A stretch of DNA of 64,000 bases, taken from the NCBI GenBank assembly GCA_039028615.1, contig JBCCHT010000003.1, positions 224,001 through 288,000 on the forward strand. The letters are read 5' to 3'. Each line of letters begins with the position of its first letter. The stretch's first letter is position 1. This document shows positions 31,079 to 39,149 of this stretch, in pieces. The notes beneath the pieces were generated by a model. It was given only the letters and a program-made list of their open reading frames with translations, was not told the DNA's origin and ran no database searches. A program made the translations under genes and the position numbers. This stretch comes from Myxococcota bacterium (lineage in GTDB: Bacteria; Myxococcota_A; Polyangia; Nannocystales; Nannocystaceae).

Positions 31079-33877
31079 ATGCGTTCGATGTTCCGCCCCC
31101 TGACTCTCGCCTTGTTCTCGATGCTGTCGTTGGCGTGCAACCGTGGCTCGGATGCTGCGTCCGACGGCGGCAAGCCGACGGCCGAGGTCACCCCCGCGTC
31201 CGCGGCCAAGCTCGTCGGTGCTCCGGCGCCGGCCGTGCCCGAGCCGACGGCCAAGCTACTCGCGGCGGTGGGGGAGGGGGCGCCCGCCGTCGTGGTGCTG
31301 CGCGACGAGGCGATCGCGACGCTCAACGAACGCTTGCCGAAGTTGCTGCCCGCGCCTGCGCTGGCCGAGATGGCGGAGCTGACCGGAGCGGTGAACGGGG
31401 TCGACGTACTCGCGAAGCTGGCCGAGACCCTCGACCTGCCCGTACGCAAGGCGGAGCTGAAGGGCCGCGACCCGGCGCGCCCGATCGTGGTGTCGGCGTT
31501 CGAGTCTCCGGTCTCGGGGCCTCCGGGCATGGCGGTGGCGCTCATGCCCGTGGTCGATGGGCACCAGCTGCCGTTGCGTCATCAGGTGGTGCTGCCCGCC
31601 AAGGACGTGACCGCGCTGCTCGGGAGCATGCGGGCGTGGCTGCCCGCCGAGGACACGATCGAGCGCCCCGAGCTGGTCAAAGGCCTCGAAGGCGCGGTCG
31701 GGCTCGAGCTGAAGCGACGCTGGCCGCTGCAGACCTTCATCGCGCTGGTGCCAGAAGACGGACACCTGCGGGTGGTGCTGCTGCACGAGGGCCGGGGAAT
31801 CGACAGCGCATCGGAGCTTCGGTCCCTGGTCGATGTGAAGGTCGGTGACCTTAGCGACACCCCGGCCCTGCGCCATGCGGGACGCGACGAGCATGCGCTC
31901 GCGGTGCTGGTGCGGCCGTGGCATCTGCGGTCGCTCGGGGTCTGGACGGGGCTCAACCAGACGATGCTGGCGGTGGACACCGTCGGCCCCGATCAGCGCT
32001 GGATGGCGATGACGCGCGGGACGGCGATCACGGCCACGGCCGAGGTCTTGAGCCCCGACGACCAGGCGGAGTTCGACGACTGGTCTTTCGCGATGTCGGC
32101 CGACGCCGACTCCCTGCGCCTGACCAGCGTCGCCAGCCTCACCCCCACCGGGCGGAAGATCTGGGACGCCGCCGCCACGAAGCCGGTCGCCGCGCCCCGG
32201 CTTCGCAAAGAGGTCGATGCCTCGCTCACCGTCGCGCTGGACATCGCGGCCGCGCTGGGCGAAGCGAAGGGGCACACCCTGCGGGAGGGATCGTTGGGAG
32301 ACCTGGCGCGGACCTTCCAGAACTGCGGCGTGACCTGCCCGATGTTCAGCGCGCTGCGTTGGCCGGCCTCTGCGGTACGGACCCTCGCCCCAGAGGTCAG
32401 CAGGACGGGCACCGGGGTCGCGAGCGCACAGCTGGTGATGCCCTCCTCGAGCGAGCCGGCTCGGGTCGCGGTCGCACTGGTCGGCGATGACCTGCCCGCC
32501 GCCGAGGTACTGAAAGGGGCAGTCGGAGTGCTGGCGCGCCCGGGTGCGGCCGCCAAAGTCGAGGAAGGAACGCACGCGGGGCATCCGGCCTTGTTGGTCG
32601 GCAACGGCATCGAGCCCGCCACCATCTTCGAGCTGGGCGCCGAGTCGCCCGAGCCTCCGGCGCTGCTGCGGGCGCAGGGGCGCCTGCCCGCGGAGCTCGG
32701 GGGCGGCTCGCTCCGCTCCGCCATGCACCGAGCTGGCCCCGCGCTGACCTTCGAGTTGGTGTTCGGCCCCGGCAAGCTCCGTTCGTTGCTCGACTACTCG
32801 GCGGCGACCTGGGACTCGCCGCTGGGATCGGGAGAGGCCACCAAGGCCAGTCGCTGTCTGCACGAGCTGGCGTGGGTTCTCGTGGACGACGTCAACTCCA
32901 TCGCGATGGTGGCGGTCGACCAGCGGGCCACCACGGCCGTGACCGCGGCCGGCAAGATCGGGCCTCTGGTCACCTGTGCCGCCGAAGACCCCCAGCTCGC
33001 AGAGGCGGCACGAGGCTTGGCCTCGCTGATGACCGCGACGATGGCCGGGGCCTTGCTCGAGGTCCCCGACTACCGCGCGGCTCGGGCGGTGTTGCAGACG
33101 GGGTGCCCCGAAGGACGCTCCGACGGGCCCGCGTGCGAGCGACTCGCCGCCATGGCCGATGTCGCGATCCCCACGCTGCAGCAATTCTCGGTGCCCGAGC
33201 AGTGCCGCCCCGAGTACGACCCCGGCTTCGGTATGCCCGTGGTGGTCAACAGCGACGGAATCTTCATCGCGGGGCGCAAGGTCGCCGCCTCGAGCTCGGC
33301 CATTGCGGCGGCGGTGGTCGAGCAGATGAGCATGGACGGACGCAGTGAGAAGGTCGGGTCCACGCTCGCCCTGTGGGTCGAAGGGTCGTTGCCGTTTTCC
33401 GTGGTCGAACCCGTCGTCGCGGCGGCGGCGAGCCTGGACTCCGAGCTGGGGGCGGTGATCAACGACGAGTCCGGTAAGGCGATGCGCGTCGGGTGGGCGC
33501 GAGAGTGGCCGAAGACGGTGAGCATCGACTGGAAGGTCGACCCGACCTACGTGCCCGAAAAACGCTTCGGTGGCGGGCTCTATGACCCCGAGGAGCGAGC
33601 GCCCGGCTCTACCGGGCCCAAGGTGTCGCACACCCTGCTGCAGACCCGCGGCGGCTTGGTGGTGGTGCCTCCCGGGGGAACGACGCTGGCCGTGCCCAAC
33701 TCGTCGGCGCTGTCCGCCTATGTCGACGCGGAGCAATCCGCGGCCGGGCCGGGGCGGACGGTGCAGCTGACGTGGAAGGTCGCGCCCGATGTGCCCTGGA
33801 GCGAAGTGGCCGAGGTGCTCACGCAAACCTGCACCATTTTCGGTGCGGTGGTGCAGACTCCCGCGGGCACTCCATGA
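31079..33877 (+). CDS. Large hypothetical lipoprotein, possible ExbD/TolR-like segments at the C-terminus
   Basis: Lipobox LSLAC; long GC3-biased ORF; LPFSVVEPVV and APDVPWSEVAEVL resemble ExbD periplasmic motifs (weak). Confidence 0.75.
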   Translation: MRSMFRPLTLALFSMLSLACNRGSDAASDGGKPTAEVTPASAAKLVGAPAPAVPEPTAKLLAAVGEGAPAVVVLRDEAIATLNERLPKLLPAPALAEMAELTGAVNGVDVLAKLAETLDLPVRKAELKGRDPARPIVVSAFESPVSGPPGMAVALMPVVDGHQLPLRHQVVLPAKDVTALLGSMRAWLPAEDTIERPELVKGLEGAVGLELKRRWPLQTFIALVPEDGHLRVVLLHEGRGIDSASELRSLVDVKVGDLSDTPALRHAGRDEHALAVLVRPWHLRSLGVWTGLNQTMLAVDTVGPDQRWMAMTRGTAITATAEVLSPDDQAEFDDWSFAMSADADSLRLTSVASLTPTGRKIWDAAATKPVAAPRLRKEVDASLTVALDIAAALGEAKGHTLREGSLGDLARTFQNCGVTCPMFSALRWPASAVRTLAPEVSRTGTGVASAQLVMPSSSEPARVAVALVGDDLPAAEVLKGAVGVLARPGAAAKVEEGTHAGHPALLVGNGIEPATIFELGAESPEPPALLRAQGRLPAELGGGSLRSAMHRAGPALTFELVFGPGKLRSLLDYSAATWDSPLGSGEATKASRCLHELAWVLVDDVNSIAMVAVDQRATTAVTAAGKIGPLVTCAAEDPQLAEAARGLASLMTATMAGALLEVPDYRAARAVLQTGCPEGRSDGPACERLAAMADVAIPTLQQFSVPEQCRPEYDPGFGMPVVVNSDGIFIAGRKVAASSSAIAAAVVEQMSMDGRSEKVGSTLALWVEGSLPFSVVEPVVAAAASLDSELGAVINDESGKAMRVGWAREWPKTVSIDWKVDPTYVPEKRFGGGLYDPEERAPGSTGPKVSHTLLQTRGGLVVVPPGGTTLAVPNSSALSAYVDAEQSAAGPGRTVQLTWKVAPDVPWSEVAEVLTQTCTIFGAVVQTPAGTP

Positions 33878-33983
33878 CGCGGTGACTCATCGTCGCGCCT
33901 TCGGGCCCGATGCACTCGGTCGGCGATCATGAACAGGTCGCGGGCGCACGAGTCGTCGGGCTCGATTATTTTCGGCTTCGCAT

Positions 33984-34011
33984 TTGACAAACCAATCCCA
34001 TTGCGTAAGTT
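33984..34011 (+). promoter_or_regulatory. Sigma70-type promoter of the leader-peptide/tRNA operon
   Basis: Consensus TTGACA (33984-33989), 16-bp spacer, TAAGTT (34006-34011) in an AT-rich patch. Confidence 0.75.
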
Positions 34012-34031
34012 GGCTCGACAGGAAGACGACA

Positions 34032-34145
34032 ATGGTTGCCCACGAGTCCCTCGCCCACGTTTTCGAGTTCTGTCACGCCACGGCGTACGACAGTTCGTCT
34101 TCGTATGCGTACGTGCTCGGCAGTCGATCGTCATCTCGCTGCTAG
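34032..34145 (+). CDS. Putative Ser/Tyr-rich leader peptide, 37 aa (MVAHESLAHVFEFCHATAYDSSSSYAYVLGSRSSSRC)
   Basis: AGGAAG SD at 34020-34025, ATG 34032, TAG 34143-34145; 9 Ser and 3 Tyr codons; lies between the promoter and the Ser/Tyr tRNA array; below the ORF-track size cutoff. Confidence 0.72.
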   Translation: MVAHESLAHVFEFCHATAYDSSSSYAYVLGSRSSSRC

Positions 34146-34182
34146 AGCACGTCGTGCACGACGGCCACGGGCCGTTTCGTTC
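34111..34182 (+). promoter_or_regulatory. Putative transcription attenuator (mutually exclusive hairpins)
   Basis: Hairpin A 34111-34152 (ACGTGCTC-GGCAG...CTGCT-A-GAGCACGT); hairpin B 34150-34163 (CGTCG-TGCA-CGACG); terminator-like hairpin C 34160-34176 (GACGGCC-ACG-GGCCGTT) running into TTTCGTT. Confidence 0.55.
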
Positions 34183-34279
34183 GCGTCCCCGCCACGGGTG
34201 ACGTAGCCGGACTCGTTCGCGCTGCGCCCGATGGGTCGTCGGTCGTCGAGCGGGCCTCGTCGTGCCCAAAAACCAAAGA

Positions 34280-34363
34280 GGAGGGGTGGCCGAGTGGTAA
34301 GGCAGCGGCTTGCTACGCCGTCGTCTGGTAATGCCAGCGTGGGTTCGACTCCCACCCCCTCCG
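34280..34363 (+). tRNA. tRNA-Ser(GCT)
   Basis: Acceptor GGAGGGG/CCCCTCC, G73; anticodon arm GCGGC-TTGCTAC-GCCGT; long variable arm; GTGGG-TTCGACT-CCCAC; CCA not encoded. Confidence 0.93.
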
Positions 34364-34369
34364 CTCCAT

Positions 34370-34456
34370 GGAAGGTTGGCCGAGCGGTAAGGCACTCGCT
34401 TGGAAAGCGACGGTCCGGTCGAGAGATCGGCGGGGGTTCGACTCCCTCACCTTCCG
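34370..34456 (+). tRNA. tRNA-Ser(GGA)
   Basis: Acceptor GGAAGGT/ACCTTCC, G73; TCGC-TTGGAAA-GCGA; long variable arm; TTCGACT loop; followed by CC only. Confidence 0.92.
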
Positions 34457-34458
34457 CC

Positions 34459-34541
34459 GGAGGGTTCGGCATTGGCAGGCCAAGCCGCCTTGAACGCGGT
34501 GGGTCCTTCGGGGCCTGGGGGTTCGACTCCCTCACCCTCCG
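34459..34541 (+). tRNA. tRNA-Ser(TGA), atypical D-arm
   Basis: Acceptor GGAGGGT/ACCCTCC, G73; GCCGC-CTTGAAC-GCGGT; variable arm with TTCG loop; TTCGACT loop. Confidence 0.88.
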
Positions 34542-34550
34542 CCCTCATCG

Positions 34551-34636
34551 GGAAGGAATGTCATTTGGTTTGACGCGCAGTTTCGAAAACTGTCGGGGTA
34601 CTGCCCCAGGGGGTTCGATTCCCTCTCCTTCCGCCA
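34551..34636 (+). tRNA. tRNA-Ser(CGA), atypical (A at position 8)
   Basis: Acceptor GGAAGGA/TCCTTCC, G73, CCA; D-stem GTCA/TGAC; GCAGT-TTCGAAA-ACTGT; variable arm GGGG/CCCC; TTCGATT loop. Confidence 0.88.
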
Positions 34637-34637
34637 C

Positions 34638-34723
34638 CCGCGGGACGCCCATTCGGTAGGGCAGCGGACTGTAAATCCGTGGCGCTTTGGCGCATGCAGG
34701 TTCGAATCCTGCCCCGCGGACCA
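34638..34723 (+). tRNA. tRNA-Tyr(GTA) with C1-G72 and a long variable arm
   Basis: Acceptor CCGCGGG/CCCGCGG, A73, CCA; D-stem GCCC/GGGC; GCGGA-CTGTAAA-TCCGT; variable arm GCGC-TTTG-GCGC; GCAGG-TTCGAAT-CCTGC. Confidence 0.92.
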
Positions 34724-34759
34724 TCCCATCAAAACGTCCGGCCACGGCGAGACCGCGGC

Positions 34760-34945
34760 GGGTCGTGAGCACGCGGAGGCGGCCGAGTCGACGGGGCTCG
34801 GTCGTCTCCGCCCGCTGGCTGCGTACGAGCAGCATCGCGCCCACGCTCCGGCCGGCGATGCGGGCGTAGGCCTGCTCCCACTCATCGAGCGCGTCGGCGA
34901 ATTGGCCGACGCAGTAGGCGGCCTCGCCCTCCCGGTAGGGGCGCG
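34760..34945 (-). pseudogene. Possible remnant of a TPR-type gene
   Basis: Minus frame reads YREGEAAYCVGQFADALDEWEQAY (TPR-like) but has an in-frame TGA just upstream and no start codon; boundaries approximate. Confidence 0.35.
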
Positions 34946-34991
34946 ACGAGAGTGTTCATCGGTAGATTCCGTGGGGCGGCGGCCGTGGGTC

Positions 34992-36668
34992 TCAGCGGGG
35001 TCGACAGGCACGAGTGACGAAGATGTCGGCATCGCCCGCGTTGGGCCCTCCGAGGTCTCCGCGAGAGAACCCGGCCGCGTAGATCTCACCCTGGGGACCG
35101 ATCTCGACGGCCCGAAGCGTGTCGGAGGCAGGTGTACCGAGCAGCTCGACCCACTGCAGCTCGCCCTCGGGGTCGAGCGCGACGATGCTCGCGTCTTCTT
35201 CCCCGACCACGATGCCGTCGCCGAAGTCTCCGAGGCTGTGCCCGACGACGTAGACCGTGCCCTCCGCGTCTACGGCGATGTCGAGGGCGACGTCGTCGAC
35301 GCTGGTGCCGAACTGCGAAGACCACTGCTTTTGTCCGTCGGGGTCGAACTTGACCACGAAGTTGTCCTGGCCTCCGAGGGGGTCCTGCAGGTCGAAAGAC
35401 CCGAGGGTGGTCCCGGTGACGTACACGTTGTTGTCCGCGTCCACGGCGACGCGGGCGGGGTTGTCGTCGGCTTCCCCGCCGACCTGCGCCGCCCACAGCA
35501 GCACGCCATCACCGTCGAACTTGGCGACGAAGGCGTCGCTGCCGCCCCACGCCGTTCGCCCTTCGAAGGACTCGCCCGTGAGCCCGGCGACGATGATGTC
35601 GTCGTTGCCGTCGACGGCCAAGCCGTACGCGACCTGGAACGAGCGGCCACCGAGCTGTCGATTCCAAAGCTCGGTGCCGTCGGTGTCGAGCTTGATGAGC
35701 AGCATGTCGGACGAGCCCGTGTTCGGCGTGCCGTCGTAGCTGCCCGTGGTGTAGCCGGCGAGATAGCCCCGGCCGTTGCTGCTCAGCCCCACCGACTGGA
35801 TGCGGTCTTCCAGCTCGGTGCCGAACTGGAGGGTCCATTCGACGTCTGCGCCCGCGTCATAGCGGACCGCGATCCCGTCCGACATCCCCAGGTGGGTGTG
35901 GCCCTCGAGCGCGCTCTCGGTTCGGCCCGGCACGAGAAAGCTGCCGTCGGCGTCGACCGCGATGTCCTCGCTCATGTCGAAGAGCATCGTGCCGAGCTGG
36001 CGGGAGAACAGCGGGGTGCCGTCGGGCTGGAACTTGCTGACGAAGAGGTCGGAGTCGCCGGCGGAGGCGTTGCCGTCGAGCGGGCCTTCGACGCGACCGG
36101 CGATGTACAGGTCACCCTCGTCGTCGATGGCGATGCCGCGGGCCTCGTCGGAGCCGGGCGTGCCGTACTGGATCCGCCAGCTGTCGCACGCCGGAGCACA
36201 GGTGTCGACGTAGCAGTCGGTGGACTCGCAGTCGCCATCGTCGAGACAGGCTTGGCCCTGCGCGCAGGGCCCACAACCGCCTCCGCAGTCGACGTCGGTC
36301 TCGTCGCCGCTGAGCAGGCCATCGTCGCAGCTGGGCAGGGCGCAGGCGCTGGTGCAGTCGTCGGTCTCGTCGTCGTTGCCGTCGTCGCACTGCTCGCCGG
36401 GGTCGACGACTCCGTCGCCGCAGGTGCCATCCCCGGTGACGTCGGCCTCGGTCTCGAGACCGTCCCCACTATCGTCGGTGAGGACGGATGCTGTCGTGCC
36501 CTCCGACGTCTCCGCGGTCCCCGAGCTGTCGTCCTCGGCGGGCGTGGGCCCCTCGGCGTCGGTGAAGCATCCGCTGGCACTCATCACCCCCGCGAGTGCG
36601 ACGGTGGCCATTCCACGCAGACGTGAGGGGAGCAGATCTTCGAGGTCGAGGCTCGTCGTGGTTTTCAT
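34992..36668 (-). CDS. Lipoprotein with myxococcal Cys-rich repeat (DUF4215-like) and SBBP beta-propeller repeats
   Basis: Lipobox ASGC; CGDGVVDPGEQCDDGN; ETDVDCGG; repeated QxGT...D.A..IAVD..G.VYVxG units. Confidence 0.88.
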   Translation of the reverse strand: MKTTTSLDLEDLLPSRLRGMATVALAGVMSASGCFTDAEGPTPAEDDSSGTAETSEGTTASVLTDDSGDGLETEADVTGDGTCGDGVVDPGEQCDDGNDDETDDCTSACALPSCDDGLLSGDETDVDCGGGCGPCAQGQACLDDGDCESTDCYVDTCAPACDSWRIQYGTPGSDEARGIAIDDEGDLYIAGRVEGPLDGNASAGDSDLFVSKFQPDGTPLFSRQLGTMLFDMSEDIAVDADGSFLVPGRTESALEGHTHLGMSDGIAVRYDAGADVEWTLQFGTELEDRIQSVGLSSNGRGYLAGYTTGSYDGTPNTGSSDMLLIKLDTDGTELWNRQLGGRSFQVAYGLAVDGNDDIIVAGLTGESFEGRTAWGGSDAFVAKFDGDGVLLWAAQVGGEADDNPARVAVDADNNVYVTGTTLGSFDLQDPLGGQDNFVVKFDPDGQKQWSSQFGTSVDDVALDIAVDAEGTVYVVGHSLGDFGDGIVVGEEDASIVALDPEGELQWVELLGTPASDTLRAVEIGPQGEIYAAGFSRGDLGGPNAGDADIFVTRACRPR

Positions 36669-36968
36669 GGGCGGGCGTGCAAGAGCGCGACGCCCTCGCG
36701 AGCCCGTAGGCTGGGATCGCGAGGAGCGTCGCGTTGGGACGTGGGGAGGAAAACACCAAGCGCCATCGCTCGGCTTACCAGGGGGTATGACGACCGCCGG
36801 CCGCTTCTTTCACTCCCCTTCGACTTTTTTGCCGCCGCCGCGGGGTCTCGGCATACTAAAAAAGCACAGCAGTCTCGAAGACTTGCGGTGTTTGGGGGGC
36901 AGGGACCTCGGGCCCTCCCCGACGGTGGCGACCCGCCTGTACGAGCGGGTCGCCCTCGCCGACCGTGC

Positions 36969-38984
36969 TCAGTTGAAGTCGGCGATCGCGATGTTGCGGC
37001 CTGCCCAGTCCCCGTCGGTGGGCAGCGACCAGCGACTACACTGAGACGAGTCGGTCACGCGCCCGATGCAGCCGCTGGTGGGAATGGAGAACGTGCAGAC
37101 CTGCTTGGTCCCGCCCTTGTCGGCGGTGATCTGATAGTTGTCGCCGTCTCCACTGGTGGCGGTGAAGATCGCGTCTCCGGTCGTCGGGTTCACGGGGGTC
37201 GTGCAGGAGCCGGAGCCGTCGCAGCGGTCGATGGTCAGCGTGATGCCCGAGGGAACCCCCACGGTGAAGTTCGCGGCGGTGAAGCCCTTGGGGACCGAGG
37301 CGGTGCAGGTGGCGGTGGGGGGATCGATCCCGGCATCCCCCGCGGCGCAGAACGTGATCTCGTAGTCGGTGGTGTTCTGCCCGCCGCCCGTGGTCGCGCA
37401 GGTGAAGGTCGAGAACGGGTCGTCGAACTGGAAGGCGTAGGCCAGCGGGCACCCCTCCTTGATCGGCTTCAGCACGGGCAGGATGTTGGTGGTCCAATAC
37501 GTGGTGTCGACCCCGTCCACCGCGGCATCCCCCGGCGCCATCGGCATCGCATTACCGTCGAAGGTCCAGTTCTCGAAGCCGCAGCAGGTATCGTTCTTCA
37601 CCGTGGTGTTAGCGTTGAAGCAGCTTCGGCCGGGGCCCTGGTCGGAGATGGAGGTCTGGTTGACGCACTCGGCGTAGGCGAGGGTCTTGGCATCGTTGCA
37701 GGCGATGTTCAGGCTCGCGTTGGCGTAGGTGCTGTTGGCGGCGCAGAACTGGGCGTAGTTCCAATAGCCGATGCGGTCACCGCAGGTGGTCTGCGTGGAG
37801 CCGGCCTTGACGGTGGCTACGGTGAGTCCGCAGGTCGAGCCGGTCGACGCGCTGCTGCAGTCGGCGTCCTTGCTGCACGACGGCGCATTGTCTCCCGGGT
37901 CGGAGTAGACCGCGTTGTAGCCGCTGTCGTCGCTGGCGAAGGTGGTCGAGTAGTCGTTGGCGCACGCAAAGGTGGACAGGTCGTCGTTGCCTTTGATCCC
38001 GTTCTGACTCTGGAAGGTGGTGACCTTGCCGATGGTGCCGCTGTCACCCCCCGCGACCATGCAGCGATAGGGATCGTCGGATTCGTAGTCGAGGTTCGTG
38101 GCCGGGGTGGGGTACATCGCGGCGGGGGCGTTCATGCCGTTGATGTACGAGACGTCGTACCAGTCGTTGTCGTTCTGGAACGTGTACTCGATGAGCGTGG
38201 CGGGGGCGCCCTGCGTGTTGTCGGACAGGCAGTTGCCGCTGACGGTACAGGCACTCTTGGCGAAGAACTTGCCGCTGGCCACGATCGCGCTGGCGTCGGT
38301 CACCGAAAGGTCGATGGACAAGGTCGTGGTGCCGCCCTTGGCGTCGACCTTGCCGTCGTTCGAGAACTGATAGCCCCAGTAGCACTGGTTCGTAGTGCCC
38401 GCGGGTCCACAGATCTGGTTGGCGGGGCAGTCGCCGTTGGTCGAGCAGGTGCACTGGCCCCACTGGTCGGACTTGGTGTCCGTCTCGACCGCGCCGGACT
38501 TGCACTGGGATGCGTCGAGTGTGATGTCGGTGGGGTCGCTCACCGGGAACGTCTTGGCGGTCGTGGTTCCCGGGACGCAGTAGTTGGTCGCCGCATTCTT
38601 GTTGTAACAGATGAAGTCGGCGGCGCAGTTGCCCTGCGCGTTGGCGTCGCTGGGCGTGCACGGGAGCATCGAGGCGTTCGAGCCCACCGAGTCCAGCCAC
38701 AGGTCGAACCCGCATTGGTTGGTGAAGGTCATCGTGCGAGTGGACGCGGCTGCGGTCGCGCCTAGGCCTTCGGCGGCCCCTGCTTTGGTGCTACCCGCCT
38801 TGGCGTCGCCCGACTTGGCGTCGCCCGCTTTGGCGTCCCCGGCCTTGCCCTTGCCCTCCGCCTTGGTCGCCTTGCCGGCGTCACCTTTGCCGGGTCCGTC
38901 TTTGGGCCCGGGGCATCCCAATGCGAGGCACGCGAGAAGCGAAGGAGCGAGGAGGGGGAAGGGCGGGAAGCGACACTCGGCCAT
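36969..38984 (-). CDS. Thaumatin-family (PR-5-like) Cys-rich lipoprotein
   Basis: TFTNQCGFDLW; PATLIEYTF...DWYDVSYINGMNAP; KEGCPLAYAFQFDDPFSTFTC...YEITFC; lipobox ALGC. Confidence 0.85.
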   Translation of the reverse strand: MAECRFPPFPLLAPSLLACLALGCPGPKDGPGKGDAGKATKAEGKGKAGDAKAGDAKSGDAKAGSTKAGAAEGLGATAAASTRTMTFTNQCGFDLWLDSVGSNASMLPCTPSDANAQGNCAADFICYNKNAATNYCVPGTTTAKTFPVSDPTDITLDASQCKSGAVETDTKSDQWGQCTCSTNGDCPANQICGPAGTTNQCYWGYQFSNDGKVDAKGGTTTLSIDLSVTDASAIVASGKFFAKSACTVSGNCLSDNTQGAPATLIEYTFQNDNDWYDVSYINGMNAPAAMYPTPATNLDYESDDPYRCMVAGGDSGTIGKVTTFQSQNGIKGNDDLSTFACANDYSTTFASDDSGYNAVYSDPGDNAPSCSKDADCSSASTGSTCGLTVATVKAGSTQTTCGDRIGYWNYAQFCAANSTYANASLNIACNDAKTLAYAECVNQTSISDQGPGRSCFNANTTVKNDTCCGFENWTFDGNAMPMAPGDAAVDGVDTTYWTTNILPVLKPIKEGCPLAYAFQFDDPFSTFTCATTGGGQNTTDYEITFCAAGDAGIDPPTATCTASVPKGFTAANFTVGVPSGITLTIDRCDGSGSCTTPVNPTTGDAIFTATSGDGDNYQITADKGGTKQVCTFSIPTSGCIGRVTDSSQCSRWSLPTDGDWAGRNIAIADFN

Positions 38985-39149
38985 GCCGGCAGTATCGAGG
39001 TCGCGGCGCAGCATTGTCGACGTTCGAGTCCGCGCCCCACCCTTTCGAGTGGGCCTACATCTCAGACCTCGAGTTCAAAATGTGCACTCAATTGGGCCAG
39101 TTTATGAATGCAACAAATGTCGACTGATTTCGGCGACGGCGACGAGGCA

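Noticed and set aside
34012..34279. T-box riboswitch as the regulator of the tRNA array
   Set aside because: No T-box consensus (AGGGTGGNACCGCG) or stem I motifs seen; an SD-led Ser/Tyr-rich ORF fits better.
34459..34541. tRNA with 'TGA' anticodon as an opal suppressor or tRNA-Sec explaining the TGA at 20887
   Set aside because: Anticodon TGA decodes TCA (Ser); a suppressor or tRNA-Sec would need anticodon TCA.
33718..34844. ORF-track ORFs overlapping the tRNA array (33718..34395, 33929..34201, 34131..34535, 34231..34659, 34545..34844)
   Set aside because: They overlap clear tRNA cloverleaves or the promoter and lack protein-like features.
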